From a virus: DNA of 64,000 nt. Positions 29,151-38,586 of the stretch are shown here, piece by piece (the stretch's first letter is position 1; every line of letters begins with the position of its first letter). The DNA lies in the IMG/VR virus record IMGVR_UViG_3300009103_000004, positions 1-64,000 of that record. One strand, 5' to 3'. The notes below the pieces were generated by a model, which ran no database searches, had not been told where the DNA came from, and saw nothing but the letters and a program-made list of their open reading frames with translations. Position numbers and translations under genes: made by a program.

Positions 29151-30903
29151 TCATGATCATGTTGGGAGCAGAATCGAGTATTCCTCGCTCATCGCTTGCA
29201 ACAGTATGATTGACGCATTGATCCATAAACCCAGACTCTTGAGCCCAACGTGTTTGCCTATCATACTCACTGTTTTCACGAGTACTCTGCGGGTTATGCA
29301 ATTTAGCTATACCTACAGCAAGCGAGCCTTCATCCTCTATCTTCTCAGCGTAAGCACGCTTTATAGTCTCGACGACAACATGCTCTATCTCGGCTCCAGT
29401 GAACCCGCGCGTTGAATCTACCAGCTCAGAAATAGGAAAATTATGTAATTCCCGCTTTCTCTTTTTAAGATGAACTGCGAATATCGCTGCACGAGCTTCA
29501 TCTTCTGGAAGACCAAGCCAAGCTTTGGAGTTAAACCTACCGGGCCTAAGGAGTGCATCATCAAGCATGGCTCCGTTATTAAACGTACCAACTATATATG
29601 CGTTGTCATTCTTGTTATACTGACGCTCTTGAAAGTACGTAAGTAATGTACCAAGTAAACGCAGACCGGTGCCCATAGTGGAATCATCTCCCTTACTGGA
29701 GAAGCTACCAAAGAGCTTGTCACATTCCTCAAAATAGAGGATACAACCAGCACCTTGATACAACTCTGGAAGAGCAAGAATCTTGTTCAAGTTCTCCTCA
29801 GACTTACCCAAGTGAGAATGCAATATCTTATTTGCGGAAACCAATAGTACATCCATTCCAAACTCACCACCAGTTGCTACAGCAAGAGCAGACTTACCAG
29901 TACCTGGAGGACCACCAAACAAAATACCATTTGGTTTATCCATTCCAAAGTCTTGAGCTTCCTCGTTAAGACCATTTAGATCTCTGGTTATCATAGACTT
30001 GGCATCTTCATAACCACCGATGACCTCAAAGCCACCCCTTGGTTTTACTAATTCAACCAACCCAGTCTCCCGAATATATTCTCTACGTAGACGAGCACAC
30101 TCAGCCACATACGAAGGATCGTTGTAACTAAAGTCAGACCTGACAAGAGCTAGAGTAAAAGCTTGCCGTGCCTTGTGAGTGTATAATCCCTGAGTAGCGG
30201 AAATAGATTTCTCTACAGTCTCATCAGTAGGTAAATCAAGGTTGGGCCTGCCCCTTCGAGCGGAGTTATGAATTACATCAAATGCCTTACCTAGAGCTTC
30301 CTTGCCAGGGAGCGTGTAGTGCAATCTCTGTACGTCATCCGACAATGTTTCCGGCACGGTCATAGACGGGCCGTAAAATATAAAAGAACACGTACGATGT
30401 TCAAAGAAGGGAAGACAATTAATAATCATCTCCATTACAGAATACGGTCGGCCTGGGCCCCATGCCATACCCGACCAGCACTCATTAAAATTACGCATAA
30501 GAAATACGCACTTTTGGTTGAGTTGCGGGCAGTCGGCTGGAGTCTTACCCTCCATAACCATCTCCTGAATTACACGAAGAGCTTCCACAGGATGGGTTGT
30601 ATCCCCAGTTCCCAAACTACGAGCATTCGTGCCATTGTTCGGGAAGTAGTGCAATCCTTCGTCACCATCCCAGTACACTATACTGCCGTCAATAGTAGGA
30701 CGACTTACAGCTTCCTTGATGTCCTTAACGAATTGGCGCCTGTCGTGTACGTCAACCACAAGTGCTGGCACAGCGCTTCTTACGTGTACTATTAGTTCAT
30801 TTATGAACTTTTCATTCAGTATCGTGTCTTCTTGTTCCTGAGGAAGTTGAACTGTTTCCTCGTTACCTTCTTCTGAGTTAGTCTCAGCATTATTATCTGT
30901 CAT
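29104..30903 (-). CDS. AAA+ ATPase, Ycf46-like
   Basis: Walker A GPPGTGKS; Walker B ILYFEE; SRH NNGAMLDDALLRPGRF; GFTGAEIE; degenerate N-terminal AAA domain. Confidence 0.85.
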   Translation of the reverse strand: MTDNNAETNSEEGNEETVQLPQEQEDTILNEKFINELIVHVRSAVPALVVDVHDRRQFVKDIKEAVSRPTIDGSIVYWDGDEGLHYFPNNGTNARSLGTGDTTHPVEALRVIQEMVMEGKTPADCPQLNQKCVFLMRNFNECWSGMAWGPGRPYSVMEMIINCLPFFEHRTCSFIFYGPSMTVPETLSDDVQRLHYTLPGKEALGKAFDVIHNSARRGRPNLDLPTDETVEKSISATQGLYTHKARQAFTLALVRSDFSYNDPSYVAECARLRREYIRETGLVELVKPRGGFEVIGGYEDAKSMITRDLNGLNEEAQDFGMDKPNGILFGGPPGTGKSALAVATGGEFGMDVLLVSANKILHSHLGKSEENLNKILALPELYQGAGCILYFEECDKLFGSFSSKGDDSTMGTGLRLLGTLLTYFQERQYNKNDNAYIVGTFNNGAMLDDALLRPGRFNSKAWLGLPEDEARAAIFAVHLKKRKRELHNFPISELVDSTRGFTGAEIEHVVVETIKRAYAEKIEDEGSLAVGIAKLHNPQSTRENSEYDRQTRWAQESGFMDQCVNHTVASDERGILDSAPNMIMIGDEKINKKKKENDN

Positions 30904-31022
30904 CAGTATTTTGTATTTTTTATGTGGATGAACCTAAACCTCCCGTGAATAACATCACCAGGATAAACATTACAAATAAAGCGGTTAGCATATAAAATTA
31001 ATCAATATGTAAAGAAGAAGAC

Positions 31023-31331
31023 CTATTCGGGTAGGTCTTCTTCTTCTTTTAGTAAAAGTTTAGCTTCGCTTTCCTTTCGAAAGCGTGAAGCGTTGATATT
31101 GTTGATACAACCGTAGTGGTACTCACCAAATGAGGAGAGAACCATCAACAACAAGAACAGACAGACGAAGACCCCAAAGGACTCTGCCATTACACTAATT
31201 ATTACAATCAGTGTGAATGTAACGCAGAACCCTGTTGGCCCAGCCATGTCTAACAACAGGGGCAAAATGTTCTGCCCAAAGATCTTCCGACCTTTTACCG
31301 TCCTATCACGGAGACTTTTTAGCTTGCCCAT
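31023..31331 (-). CDS. Small membrane protein (two TM helices)
   Basis: Hydrophobic FCVTFTLIVIISV and FGVFVCLFLLLMVL; start uncertain (31331 or 31412). Confidence 0.45.
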   Translation of the reverse strand: MGKLKSLRDRTVKGRKIFGQNILPLLLDMAGPTGFCVTFTLIVIISVMAESFGVFVCLFLLLMVLSSFGEYHYGCINNINASRFRKESEAKLLLKEEEDLPE

Positions 31332-32004
31332 CGTCGATATGCTCCTCCGATTGTTGGGCTTGTTCTCCATGAACGACAACGCGAGCTGCAAGCTCTTTAG
31401 CTTCCTCCGCAACCTGACCCGCCGTAGCGTCTGACTCCTTCTTCGAGGTTCGAAGATCTTCCACCGCTTCCGCTATGGAAACAGTCTCAGGATCCTCAGG
31501 CTTCTCAAGCTCCTTAGGTTTAGCTGGCGCCTGCTTATCCATCTCTTCGAGATACCCCAAAGAGAATGTGTATGCAAGGCATCCTAGGATTCCCAAGGCT
31601 GCTAGACCTGCAGCCGAAGCTGATGCTCTACCGCTCCAAACAAATGGATTGGCATACGCCTCAGCTTTAAGAGCAGCTAGGACAGCTGCTCCTTCGCCTC
31701 TGTGAGTCCACTTGGTCTCACCAACCTTCCTAGAGATATACTCTATTTCAGCTAGTGGACCGGTCCGGTATCCTACTGCCGTCAAATCAGGCAGTACGAT
31801 TACCGTCCAGTTCAAGGACGAGACGCTGGACGCGGTGGGCTGATCTGCGATCTCGATCTCTGGGAGTCCGAGTTCACTGACCCTTTGCCCACGAGCCTCT
31901 GCCAGGCTCGAAGAGTCAACCCCGTTAAGGATTGAATTCCCCCACCAACCCAGCGCGGCCAAGATGGCCGCGAGGGAGGTGAGTAAGATTAGCTTTCGCG
32001 CCAT
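31306..32004 (-). CDS. Membrane protein
   Basis: Likely start MARKLILLTSLAAILAALG at 32004; second TM segment AGLAALGILGCLAYTF. Confidence 0.5.
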   Translation of the reverse strand: MARKLILLTSLAAILAALGWWGNSILNGVDSSSLAEARGQRVSELGLPEIEIADQPTASSVSSLNWTVIVLPDLTAVGYRTGPLAEIEYISRKVGETKWTHRGEGAAVLAALKAEAYANPFVWSGRASASAAGLAALGILGCLAYTFSLGYLEEMDKQAPAKPKELEKPEDPETVSIAEAVEDLRTSKKESDATAGQVAEEAKELAARVVVHGEQAQQSEEHIDDGQAKKSP

Positions 32005-32005
32005 C

Positions 32006-32293
32006 TCAAGAGGCCTTCGATTTAGATTTCTCCGACGTTTCCAAGGTCTCCTGTACCCGGGCAAGTTGGTCGGTGATCTCCTTCACCCTGGCTTCCTTCT
32101 TGGCGATTTCTGCCTTGAGCTCAGTCCGCTCCTTTACAAGAGCTTGAACCGAGCTTTCAGCCTGGGAGGCTTTTGCAGAAGCAGAGGTTTTGGCCGGCTC
32201 AGCTGGCTCTCCCTTTTGGGGAACTGGCTTGTCTCCGCAAGAAGCGAAGAGCATGGCGATTGCGGCGAATAATGAAACGATGATTTTTTTCAT
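32006..32293 (-). CDS. Coiled-coil lipoprotein
   Basis: Signal peptide MKKIIVSLFAAIAMLFASC with lipobox; Ala/Lys/Glu coiled coil. Confidence 0.65.
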   Translation of the reverse strand: MKKIIVSLFAAIAMLFASCGDKPVPQKGEPAEPAKTSASAKASQAESSVQALVKERTELKAEIAKKEARVKEITDQLARVQETLETSEKSKSKAS

Positions 32294-32366
32294 AGTATGT
32301 TGTATTTGTTTATTTTACTTTTGGTTTATTGGAGCAGAGGACTAATGACTAATCGTACTCCAAAGA

Positions 32367-32374
32367 TATATAAC
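32367..32374 (-). promoter_or_regulatory. Putative promoter element GTTATATA
   Basis: The same 8-mer occurs in intergenic regions at 33470-33477 and 55314-55321, each upstream of a minus-strand gene. Confidence 0.4.
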
Positions 32375-32400
32375 CCGTTTTAGGTTATTATTTCATACGG

Positions 32401-32432
32401 AAAAGGCGGGCTCGAAATCAATCGAGCCCGCC
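32401..32432 (-). terminator. Rho-independent terminator
   Basis: GGCGGGCTCGA/TCGAGCCCGCC 11-bp stem followed by T4. Confidence 0.7.
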
Positions 32433-32454
32433 CAGTTCCTATACTATGAACAAA

Positions 32455-33405
32455 CTATTTAGTGACAACTGCGCGCTTGATTATACTAGCCATACTTTCT
32501 TCGCATATCTTCTCTTTGGTCTTAGCTAGTTGCCCTTCGTCAGAAGCGTATAAAATGTCCGCGTCTTCCTTAAGCAAACTGAAGTCGATGCTTGGGTCTT
32601 CATTCCTCCTAAAAAAAGAGGTTCCTTCGCCACGATCATCATTCGAAACTACTACTGACACATCATGATCATTATCATTCAGGTAGTTATTAACGTACTT
32701 AGTTGGGTTATCATCTCCGGGGATAATGCTAGTAGAGTCAAATACCTTCACGCCTTCGACGTAAAAAGTTCTGCACTGTTCTAGAACGACCTCGCGATCA
32801 GTCACATTGTTGAAAGATTCAAAAATAGACCTACCAATTTGGGCTAGTAACTCTTGAGCTTCAGCATTATGCCATGGATGCTTAATGTCGATAAACCACT
32901 GCTCGATAGGTGACTGCAGAGCAGGAGTGTACTTCTTACTTAAACGAACAGCAAAATCAAGCAACTGCGAGTTAGCCTTATTTTCTATACGCTCAGCCAT
33001 CTTTGTAGCGAACAGGGCTGGGGACCTGCCGAAGCTTAGTTCCATATACTCAACCCACGGATGTGCTTTCACTGCTACATCGTATACATCGAAGTAACGT
33101 AGTATTATACCAGTTACGGATTTTCCGTTGGCATCGTCCGAAGCTTCTTCATCGAAGCAACGTAGAGCTGCGTTATTCTTACCACCAACCCCAAGTAATG
33201 CGATTGTTGGGTTATCATAATCATCTTCGGTTATATCAGATGATTCTTTACATGTTATGTCCGCGTGACCTGCATTGGATTTAATACCTATAGCTCCCAG
33301 CAACAAACAGAGTGCCGTGAGGCTATCCCTGTTTTGTTCTGGAGAGACTATGATTTTTTCAATGCCCGGACCAGCGTCCAGGATCTTTTCAATCTTAGCT
33401 TTCAT
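32455..33405 (-). CDS. MYG1/DHH-family-like protein, catalytic residues degenerate
   Basis: Layout matches MYG1-type proteins (IIV..., DNPTIALLGVGG, RCFDEE in place of FDHH, DDRGEG..FRRNEDPSIDF, GQLAKT). Confidence 0.5.
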   Translation of the reverse strand: MKAKIEKILDAGPGIEKIIVSPEQNRDSLTALCLLLGAIGIKSNAGHADITCKESSDITEDDYDNPTIALLGVGGKNNAALRCFDEEASDDANGKSVTGIILRYFDVYDVAVKAHPWVEYMELSFGRSPALFATKMAERIENKANSQLLDFAVRLSKKYTPALQSPIEQWFIDIKHPWHNAEAQELLAQIGRSIFESFNNVTDREVVLEQCRTFYVEGVKVFDSTSIIPGDDNPTKYVNNYLNDNDHDVSVVVSNDDRGEGTSFFRRNEDPSIDFSLLKEDADILYASDEGQLAKTKEKICEESMASIIKRAVVTK

Positions 33406-33434
33406 TATTATATATGGTTAATTACGTTAGACAT

Positions 33435-33462
33435 AAAAAAGCGACGATTATTAAACCGTCGC
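33435..33462 (-). terminator. Terminator/attenuator-like hairpin
   Basis: GCGACG/CGTCGC stem followed by T6 on the minus strand. Confidence 0.5.
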
Positions 33463-33469
33463 TCAATTA

Positions 33470-33477
33470 TATATAAC
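33470..33477 (-). promoter_or_regulatory. Putative promoter element GTTATATA
   Basis: Repeated intergenic motif. Confidence 0.4.
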
Positions 33478-33494
33478 ACAAACGCGTATATAAT

Positions 33495-34508
33495 TTACTT
33501 AGCCCTAGTAACCTCGTAATTAACCCCTCGAGTGTTAGGGTCTTTTGTCTTCTTCCAAAAAAAGCGTATCCACATAGCTCCATTGGGTTTGGGAGGCCCA
33601 CCTCGTTCTATATGCCAGCCACCATAACCATCTTCATATTCTTCTTTGTATCCTGGAGTTTTTAAATGCAGCTGTTCGTCGTGATATACTGTTCCCGTAT
33701 CATGAAGCCTAATTCGGGTAATAGGAAAGATCCATTCATTATGTGTGTGGCCTGTGCATACAATGTGAGCATCAGGTACATATACGGCTTGTCGTCCGGT
33801 CTGTATAGTCCCCTTGGTTACAGGAGCATCTCCTCCATAACCATGATGATACCAAAGATTAGTTGATGCCTGGCATTTTTGACTACCGTCAATCCGCATG
33901 TTTGAACCGCCTTGGGGTTTTCCATAATTAAATTTAAACTTAACCCACCCGCTATAACCACCTGTGCGTATCTTAGAACCAGTAGACATGTTTAAACGTT
34001 CAACGAGGCGTTCAGTTAGATTAGTCTCATGATGCTTCAGCATAGCAGTCTCATGATTGCCTGGACCCATAACGGCAAAGTTATTTGCGTAAGGTGCGTA
34101 AAACTCAGTAGCTGTGGCTACGAGCTTATCTAAATAATTACCATGCTGATGCTCGGGACGTATGTCGTCTTTACTAGCTCTTCGGTCAAACTTACCCTGC
34201 ATAGCACAAAACAGATCTCCGTAATCTATAATTACGGCGTTTCGTTCTTTAGCTTCGTCAAGATGCTTTTTCTCTAGCTCTTGATTACAATGGGGGTTGT
34301 CGTGATGTCGGTCACTGGTTAACAGGACCCAGAAGTTATCAGAAGTAGAAAGAAACCTATGATTTATAAAGTGAACGTTTCTACTTATCTCTTCTAGTGT
34401 TGTGTTGCCGGGTAGGTGTTTCTTTTCCGATTCCTCGGTCTTTACTTTTTTCTTGGTGGTTGATGTTTTATTAGTTGCTACTTTTTTATTTTTTTTAGTT
34501 TCGCTCAT
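33495..34508 (-). CDS. Calcineurin-like metallophosphoesterase
   Basis: SDRH, GDLF, GNHE, HHG and GHTH motifs in the canonical order. Confidence 0.85.
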   Translation of the reverse strand: MSETKKNKKVATNKTSTTKKKVKTEESEKKHLPGNTTLEEISRNVHFINHRFLSTSDNFWVLLTSDRHHDNPHCNQELEKKHLDEAKERNAVIIDYGDLFCAMQGKFDRRASKDDIRPEHQHGNYLDKLVATATEFYAPYANNFAVMGPGNHETAMLKHHETNLTERLVERLNMSTGSKIRTGGYSGWVKFKFNYGKPQGGSNMRIDGSQKCQASTNLWYHHGYGGDAPVTKGTIQTGRQAVYVPDAHIVCTGHTHNEWIFPITRIRLHDTGTVYHDEQLHLKTPGYKEEYEDGYGGWHIERGGPPKPNGAMWIRFFWKKTKDPNTRGVNYEVTRAK

Positions 34509-34523
34509 AATGTGTTAAATGAT

Positions 34524-35411
34524 TTAAGTAGGCGGTGTGTTGTCAGGGGCGTCTTCCGCATCAAACGCTCCCCCGGCCCAGGCACCAGCAACACCGCCAG
34601 CACCTGTTCCCAAAAGCGTAAATAAAGCACGACGTTGTCTCTCTTTTCTGGCAGCTTCTTCACGAGCCTTAGAACTTCTAAAGTTAACCACGTTTGGAGT
34701 AAATAGCCCGGAAGTAATGTTTCCAATTAAACCGCCTGCAGTACCACCTGCTAAGCCACCAGCATAAGGAGCAGCTCCTTCAAGCTTTGCGCCTATTTCT
34801 GAAATAGGATCCATTGCTTTTCTTATGCCGTCAAAAAGACCCACATTGTCATCATCACCCCTGATGAGATCACCTATGCTATCTATGTTTTCTTGGAATT
34901 TAGTTCCGCCAGACTCAAGCTGAGAATGAAGCTCAGGAAGTAGGTGGTGTCCAGTACTCAACCCAATACCTCCAAGCATCTTCCCTGCAAGTGGCTTCCA
35001 ATTCGTTACGGGATTTCCGAAAATAGCTCTGCGAGCTCCTGGGTGAGCCAGTCCAACGCCATGGAGTCCACCTATAAGTTTATCAACAAAGTTCGGTTCC
35101 TCGCCTTTATTTTCCTCATCCTTCCAAATATCAGAATACCACTGACCGCCCAGGGGTATGTCAGCGTCATGCATATAGTAGCCGCCACCGGCACCTTGTA
35201 ACCCATGCGTACCCATCTGCAGACGTTTAAGTGTAGCGGGACTCCACCCACCAGCCCTGGTTGCCATATCACCCCCTCGACCAAACAAGGCATCAACATT
35301 TTTCCAGTTTCTTCCAGAACGCAAAGCAGACCAAAGCCTTGCTAGTTTACCAGGATCTGCTGCGGACTTTACAAATGGTAATCGATCCAATTTTTCAGAT
35401 AAGGTCTCCAT
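34524..35411 (-). CDS. Glycine-zipper putative virion/membrane protein
   Basis: N-terminal FVKSA; GGLAGGTAGGLIG and LLGTGAGGVAGAWAG. Confidence 0.5.
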   Translation of the reverse strand: METLSEKLDRLPFVKSAADPGKLARLWSALRSGRNWKNVDALFGRGGDMATRAGGWSPATLKRLQMGTHGLQGAGGGYYMHDADIPLGGQWYSDIWKDEENKGEEPNFVDKLIGGLHGVGLAHPGARRAIFGNPVTNWKPLAGKMLGGIGLSTGHHLLPELHSQLESGGTKFQENIDSIGDLIRGDDDNVGLFDGIRKAMDPISEIGAKLEGAAPYAGGLAGGTAGGLIGNITSGLFTPNVVNFRSSKAREEAARKERQRRALFTLLGTGAGGVAGAWAGGAFDAEDAPDNTPPT

Positions 35412-35435
35412 AATACTACAAAATACTTTACATGT

Positions 35436-36146
35436 TTACTCTGGAAGCGCAATCACTTTATTGGCCAAGTCTTTGGCTGACAACCACTCGTACTTTCCAG
35501 TGCGTGAATTTTTGAATCGTTGGTATATATTACCATCGCTTCCGAGCTTGGCTCCCCAAGCAATTCTAGTATCAACTCCAATACGTTCAGACTCAGGTCC
35601 TTCTATTGCAGAGAGGAACATAAATTCTGACGGGTGAAGGTTTTGTGCATCCTCTGTAATGGATGTAGAACTAGGTAAACCACCAGGTCCCATTTGAGAA
35701 ACCCGCCTAGCCTGCTCTGTGAGATGCATTGGGTTTATCTCCTCAAGAGCCAGGGACAATGGATTACCAGTAATTAACTTTTCCGAATACTTGTTAAAGT
35801 GGCCAGGAGCGATGCTGTTGAGATTTCCCATTCTGGATATCCTACGAACAGTGTTTCGCATCAGCTTCTCAGCATCCATGTCTATGCGCTCACGCAATAG
35901 TTTGTCAGGACCATACACCTTCCTGAACCTAAGAGAGTCGCGTTCGTCCGGGTCAACTAGGCCACGATTAATTGCCAGAACCTTTTCGGTAGCAGACAAT
36001 ATAGTGTCCACTCCACCATCTATCTCATCATCAGGGTCTTCGTCGTCGTACTTAAAGCTAGTAGTTGCAGCCTGCTTTTCATACTGAGACTCGATAGCCA
36101 TTAGCACAAAGTCATCTATGCTATCATCTTCTTCGGAATAACTCAT
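35436..36146 (-). CDS. rpoB: Phage RNA polymerase beta subunit, middle fragment (fork/rifampicin-pocket region)
   Basis: EEINPMHLTEQARRVSQMGPGGL...QNLHPSEFMFLSAIEGPESERIG aligns with the RpoB NPL...RR.SALGPGGL...[21 protein letters not shown] region. Confidence 0.85.
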   Translation of the reverse strand: MSYSEEDDSIDDFVLMAIESQYEKQAATTSFKYDDEDPDDEIDGGVDTILSATEKVLAINRGLVDPDERDSLRFRKVYGPDKLLRERIDMDAEKLMRNTVRRISRMGNLNSIAPGHFNKYSEKLITGNPLSLALEEINPMHLTEQARRVSQMGPGGLPSSTSITEDAQNLHPSEFMFLSAIEGPESERIGVDTRIAWGAKLGSDGNIYQRFKNSRTGKYEWLSAKDLANKVIALPE

Positions 36147-37516
36147 GTGATGCTCAACGATGAATCTATAAAGTCAGATTTTGCATTTGATGAACCGTAC
36201 TGGTAACCGCCTAAGCCACCAAGTGCAAGACCTCCCATACCGCCAAGTAAATAGTTTGGAGTTCCTAACTCATCTTCTGCATCCTCTTCACTTATACCAT
36301 TTCTCTTAGCATAGTTAGAAACTCTGTTCTTATGAAGTAAGTATTGACCACCAACTCCCAACCCCGATCCTAGTATACTACCGTACAGCCCGCCACGCAG
36401 TCCCTCTCTAGGTATAGCATCCAAGCCAGAATTAATAGATTTCTTCCAATCATCAGTAATTTCATTGAATGTGTTCTTTGCCATTGCAAGTGCTCGGGCA
36501 TCTAAATCTGCCTTAGCTGCATCTACATCCGCGTTATGTTGATCTGTAGCGTCAATAATTTCATTTTGTTTGTCTTGGAGGAAAAGGTTATTAGCAACGT
36601 TTACAGCCTTGTTGGCTTCGTTGATGGCGCGCCCCTGCATGACGCCTGCTGTGCCAAGTACCATACCAGTCACGGGGTTCCAAAAAGTAGTTCCCAGCTT
36701 TTTACCTAAAGCGGGAAGACCAAACTGAGGCCCACTCATAAAGCCGGGTTTTGCAAGGCGGCGAAGGAAGTTACCTACGAAGCCTGTACGACCCTCAGGA
36801 AACAATGTGTTAAAAAAACTGATGTTTGTAGGTTTGTATGTGTTAGGCCCACTAAATATTCCACCATCACCCTTGCTCTTAGTACCAATTCTAAACTCAT
36901 CAGGAAGTATCCTGAGTCCCATCTTATCCTTAATACGACCCAAGCCATGCTTTAGGTTACTATACCAACTCAGAGGGTTTGCGGTAAATTTAGGCCGAAC
37001 GGGGTTGTGTCTTACAATATTACTTGACTGGCCTGGGATAACATTGGGTGAATTAGATGAGCCAGACAATCCAGACCTATGCAATGGATCATTTGGGTTT
37101 GATTTCATTTCCCTGGGATTTTTTTTACCAGTTAGCTTACCCCCCGTTCTAGATCTAGCTGCAAATGTACCGTCATCGGCCTTCTGCAATACAACCCTAG
37201 ATCTATGGCCCATACCTGGGAAACTCCCAGGAGCTCCCATAGTTGCTGGTGTGTGAGTTTCAACACGACGAACAACCTTGGGCCCTACACGGTTCTTTGC
37301 TGCAGTCCTAAAAGTATCTATGGGATGAAGTAGACTCCTGAAACTTATTGGAGTCCTAGCTATGCCGAGAGCCCTGCGACCTAAATTGGTGTTGAAGATA
37401 ACGTCACGACTTACACGCCCTGGCTGTTTGACGAAATCCCAAATCCCGATTTTGGCCTGCTTCTCAATTCCGTAAATCGGATCTCGTAACGCAGCTATCT
37501 TCTGCTCTAGAGTCAT
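36143..37516 (-). CDS. Basic, Gly-rich putative virion/membrane protein
   Basis: QKIAA and EKQA near the N-terminus; C-terminal glycine zippers. Confidence 0.5.
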   Translation of the reverse strand: MTLEQKIAALRDPIYGIEKQAKIGIWDFVKQPGRVSRDVIFNTNLGRRALGIARTPISFRSLLHPIDTFRTAAKNRVGPKVVRRVETHTPATMGAPGSFPGMGHRSRVVLQKADDGTFAARSRTGGKLTGKKNPREMKSNPNDPLHRSGLSGSSNSPNVIPGQSSNIVRHNPVRPKFTANPLSWYSNLKHGLGRIKDKMGLRILPDEFRIGTKSKGDGGIFSGPNTYKPTNISFFNTLFPEGRTGFVGNFLRRLAKPGFMSGPQFGLPALGKKLGTTFWNPVTGMVLGTAGVMQGRAINEANKAVNVANNLFLQDKQNEIIDATDQHNADVDAAKADLDARALAMAKNTFNEITDDWKKSINSGLDAIPREGLRGGLYGSILGSGLGVGGQYLLHKNRVSNYAKRNGISEEDAEDELGTPNYLLGGMGGLALGGLGGYQYGSSNAKSDFIDSSLSIT

Positions 37517-38550
37517 TGCGGTGGCGGCGTAGGTTGAACTGGTTGAACTGGTTGGACGGGGTCAACTTCTGGTGGATCTTCATATTCCGGATCCAATACT
37601 TTATGGAATCCTACATCAGCTAAGTGCTTGGGTATATTCGACATGAAATTACTAACGGCGGGAATTGCACTAAACGCATGGTTCATGTTGTCAGTTGCAG
37701 TCTGCCTGTAATCGTCAAAGTTCCTAGCAGTTAAAATGTCTTGCTGGCTCTTTGGCATTTGGCTGAAAGCAATTGCTGCCTGCGCCTGATCTAGCTTACC
37801 AGCATCCGGTTTAATCTTGAGATAGTTTTCACGAGCATCATTATATCTATTAGCGTTAGTAAGAGCCCAATTAGCCTTACCTATTAAGGTGCTAGTATCG
37901 TGCTCAGGATATTCTGGCACATCAAGTTCTGGCATTTCCTTAAACCCAAGCGCTGTTGTTGGGTTGTCCATAAAATTAGCTAAACCAGTTCTGGCGTTAC
38001 CCACTGCGTCTGACAGCTTGGTTTTTATAGTGTTTCCAGCTGCAGCAATATTGTCTTGTTTGTTATCCAGGATTGGGTTTCCTGTAATTCTGTTAACAGT
38101 ACTGGCAAATGTGTTAGCGCTGTTGACCTTATCTGGAAAGTCAGAAGCAGCTATCATATTTTGCCTGCTGACAGGCATATTGTTAAAATCGTTAAATGCT
38201 TTCCACGCACGGCCAAAATCAAACCCCTCGTCAGGATTTAACTTTCTATAATTCTGATAGGCATCCCAGTTACGCTTTATTCCTTCGAGACCTCCGACTT
38301 TGTCTAAAAGCCATCCGCCGCCACCTAACACTCCCAATGTTCCCAATGTTCCCAACATGGAACTCTTACCACCCATTATCCTGTTTAGTAACAAAGATAA
38401 ACCGCCAGCACCAAGGCCCCCAGCTAGGTAAGGATTGTTTCCTGCCCACCCACCAAGTTGCTTAAGTAGGGAAGAGTTAGTACCCTCTAAAGCAGCACGC
38501 TTAACTATACTATCCAACACAGCACGTTCTCTGTTAGGAAGATTAGACAT
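37513..38550 (-). CDS. Glycine-zipper protein with internal duplication
   Basis: VKRAA; NNPYLAGGLGAGG; repeated NYxKxxPD...FxxMPxSxQ unit; C-terminal PVQ repeats. Confidence 0.5.
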   Translation of the reverse strand: MSNLPNRERAVLDSIVKRAALEGTNSSLLKQLGGWAGNNPYLAGGLGAGGLSLLLNRIMGGKSSMLGTLGTLGVLGGGGWLLDKVGGLEGIKRNWDAYQNYRKLNPDEGFDFGRAWKAFNDFNNMPVSRQNMIAASDFPDKVNSANTFASTVNRITGNPILDNKQDNIAAAGNTIKTKLSDAVGNARTGLANFMDNPTTALGFKEMPELDVPEYPEHDTSTLIGKANWALTNANRYNDARENYLKIKPDAGKLDQAQAAIAFSQMPKSQQDILTARNFDDYRQTATDNMNHAFSAIPAVSNFMSNIPKHLADVGFHKVLDPEYEDPPEVDPVQPVQPVQPTPPPQ

Positions 38551-38586
38551 TACTACAGATTACTTAATAATTAAATTATGTAAAGT

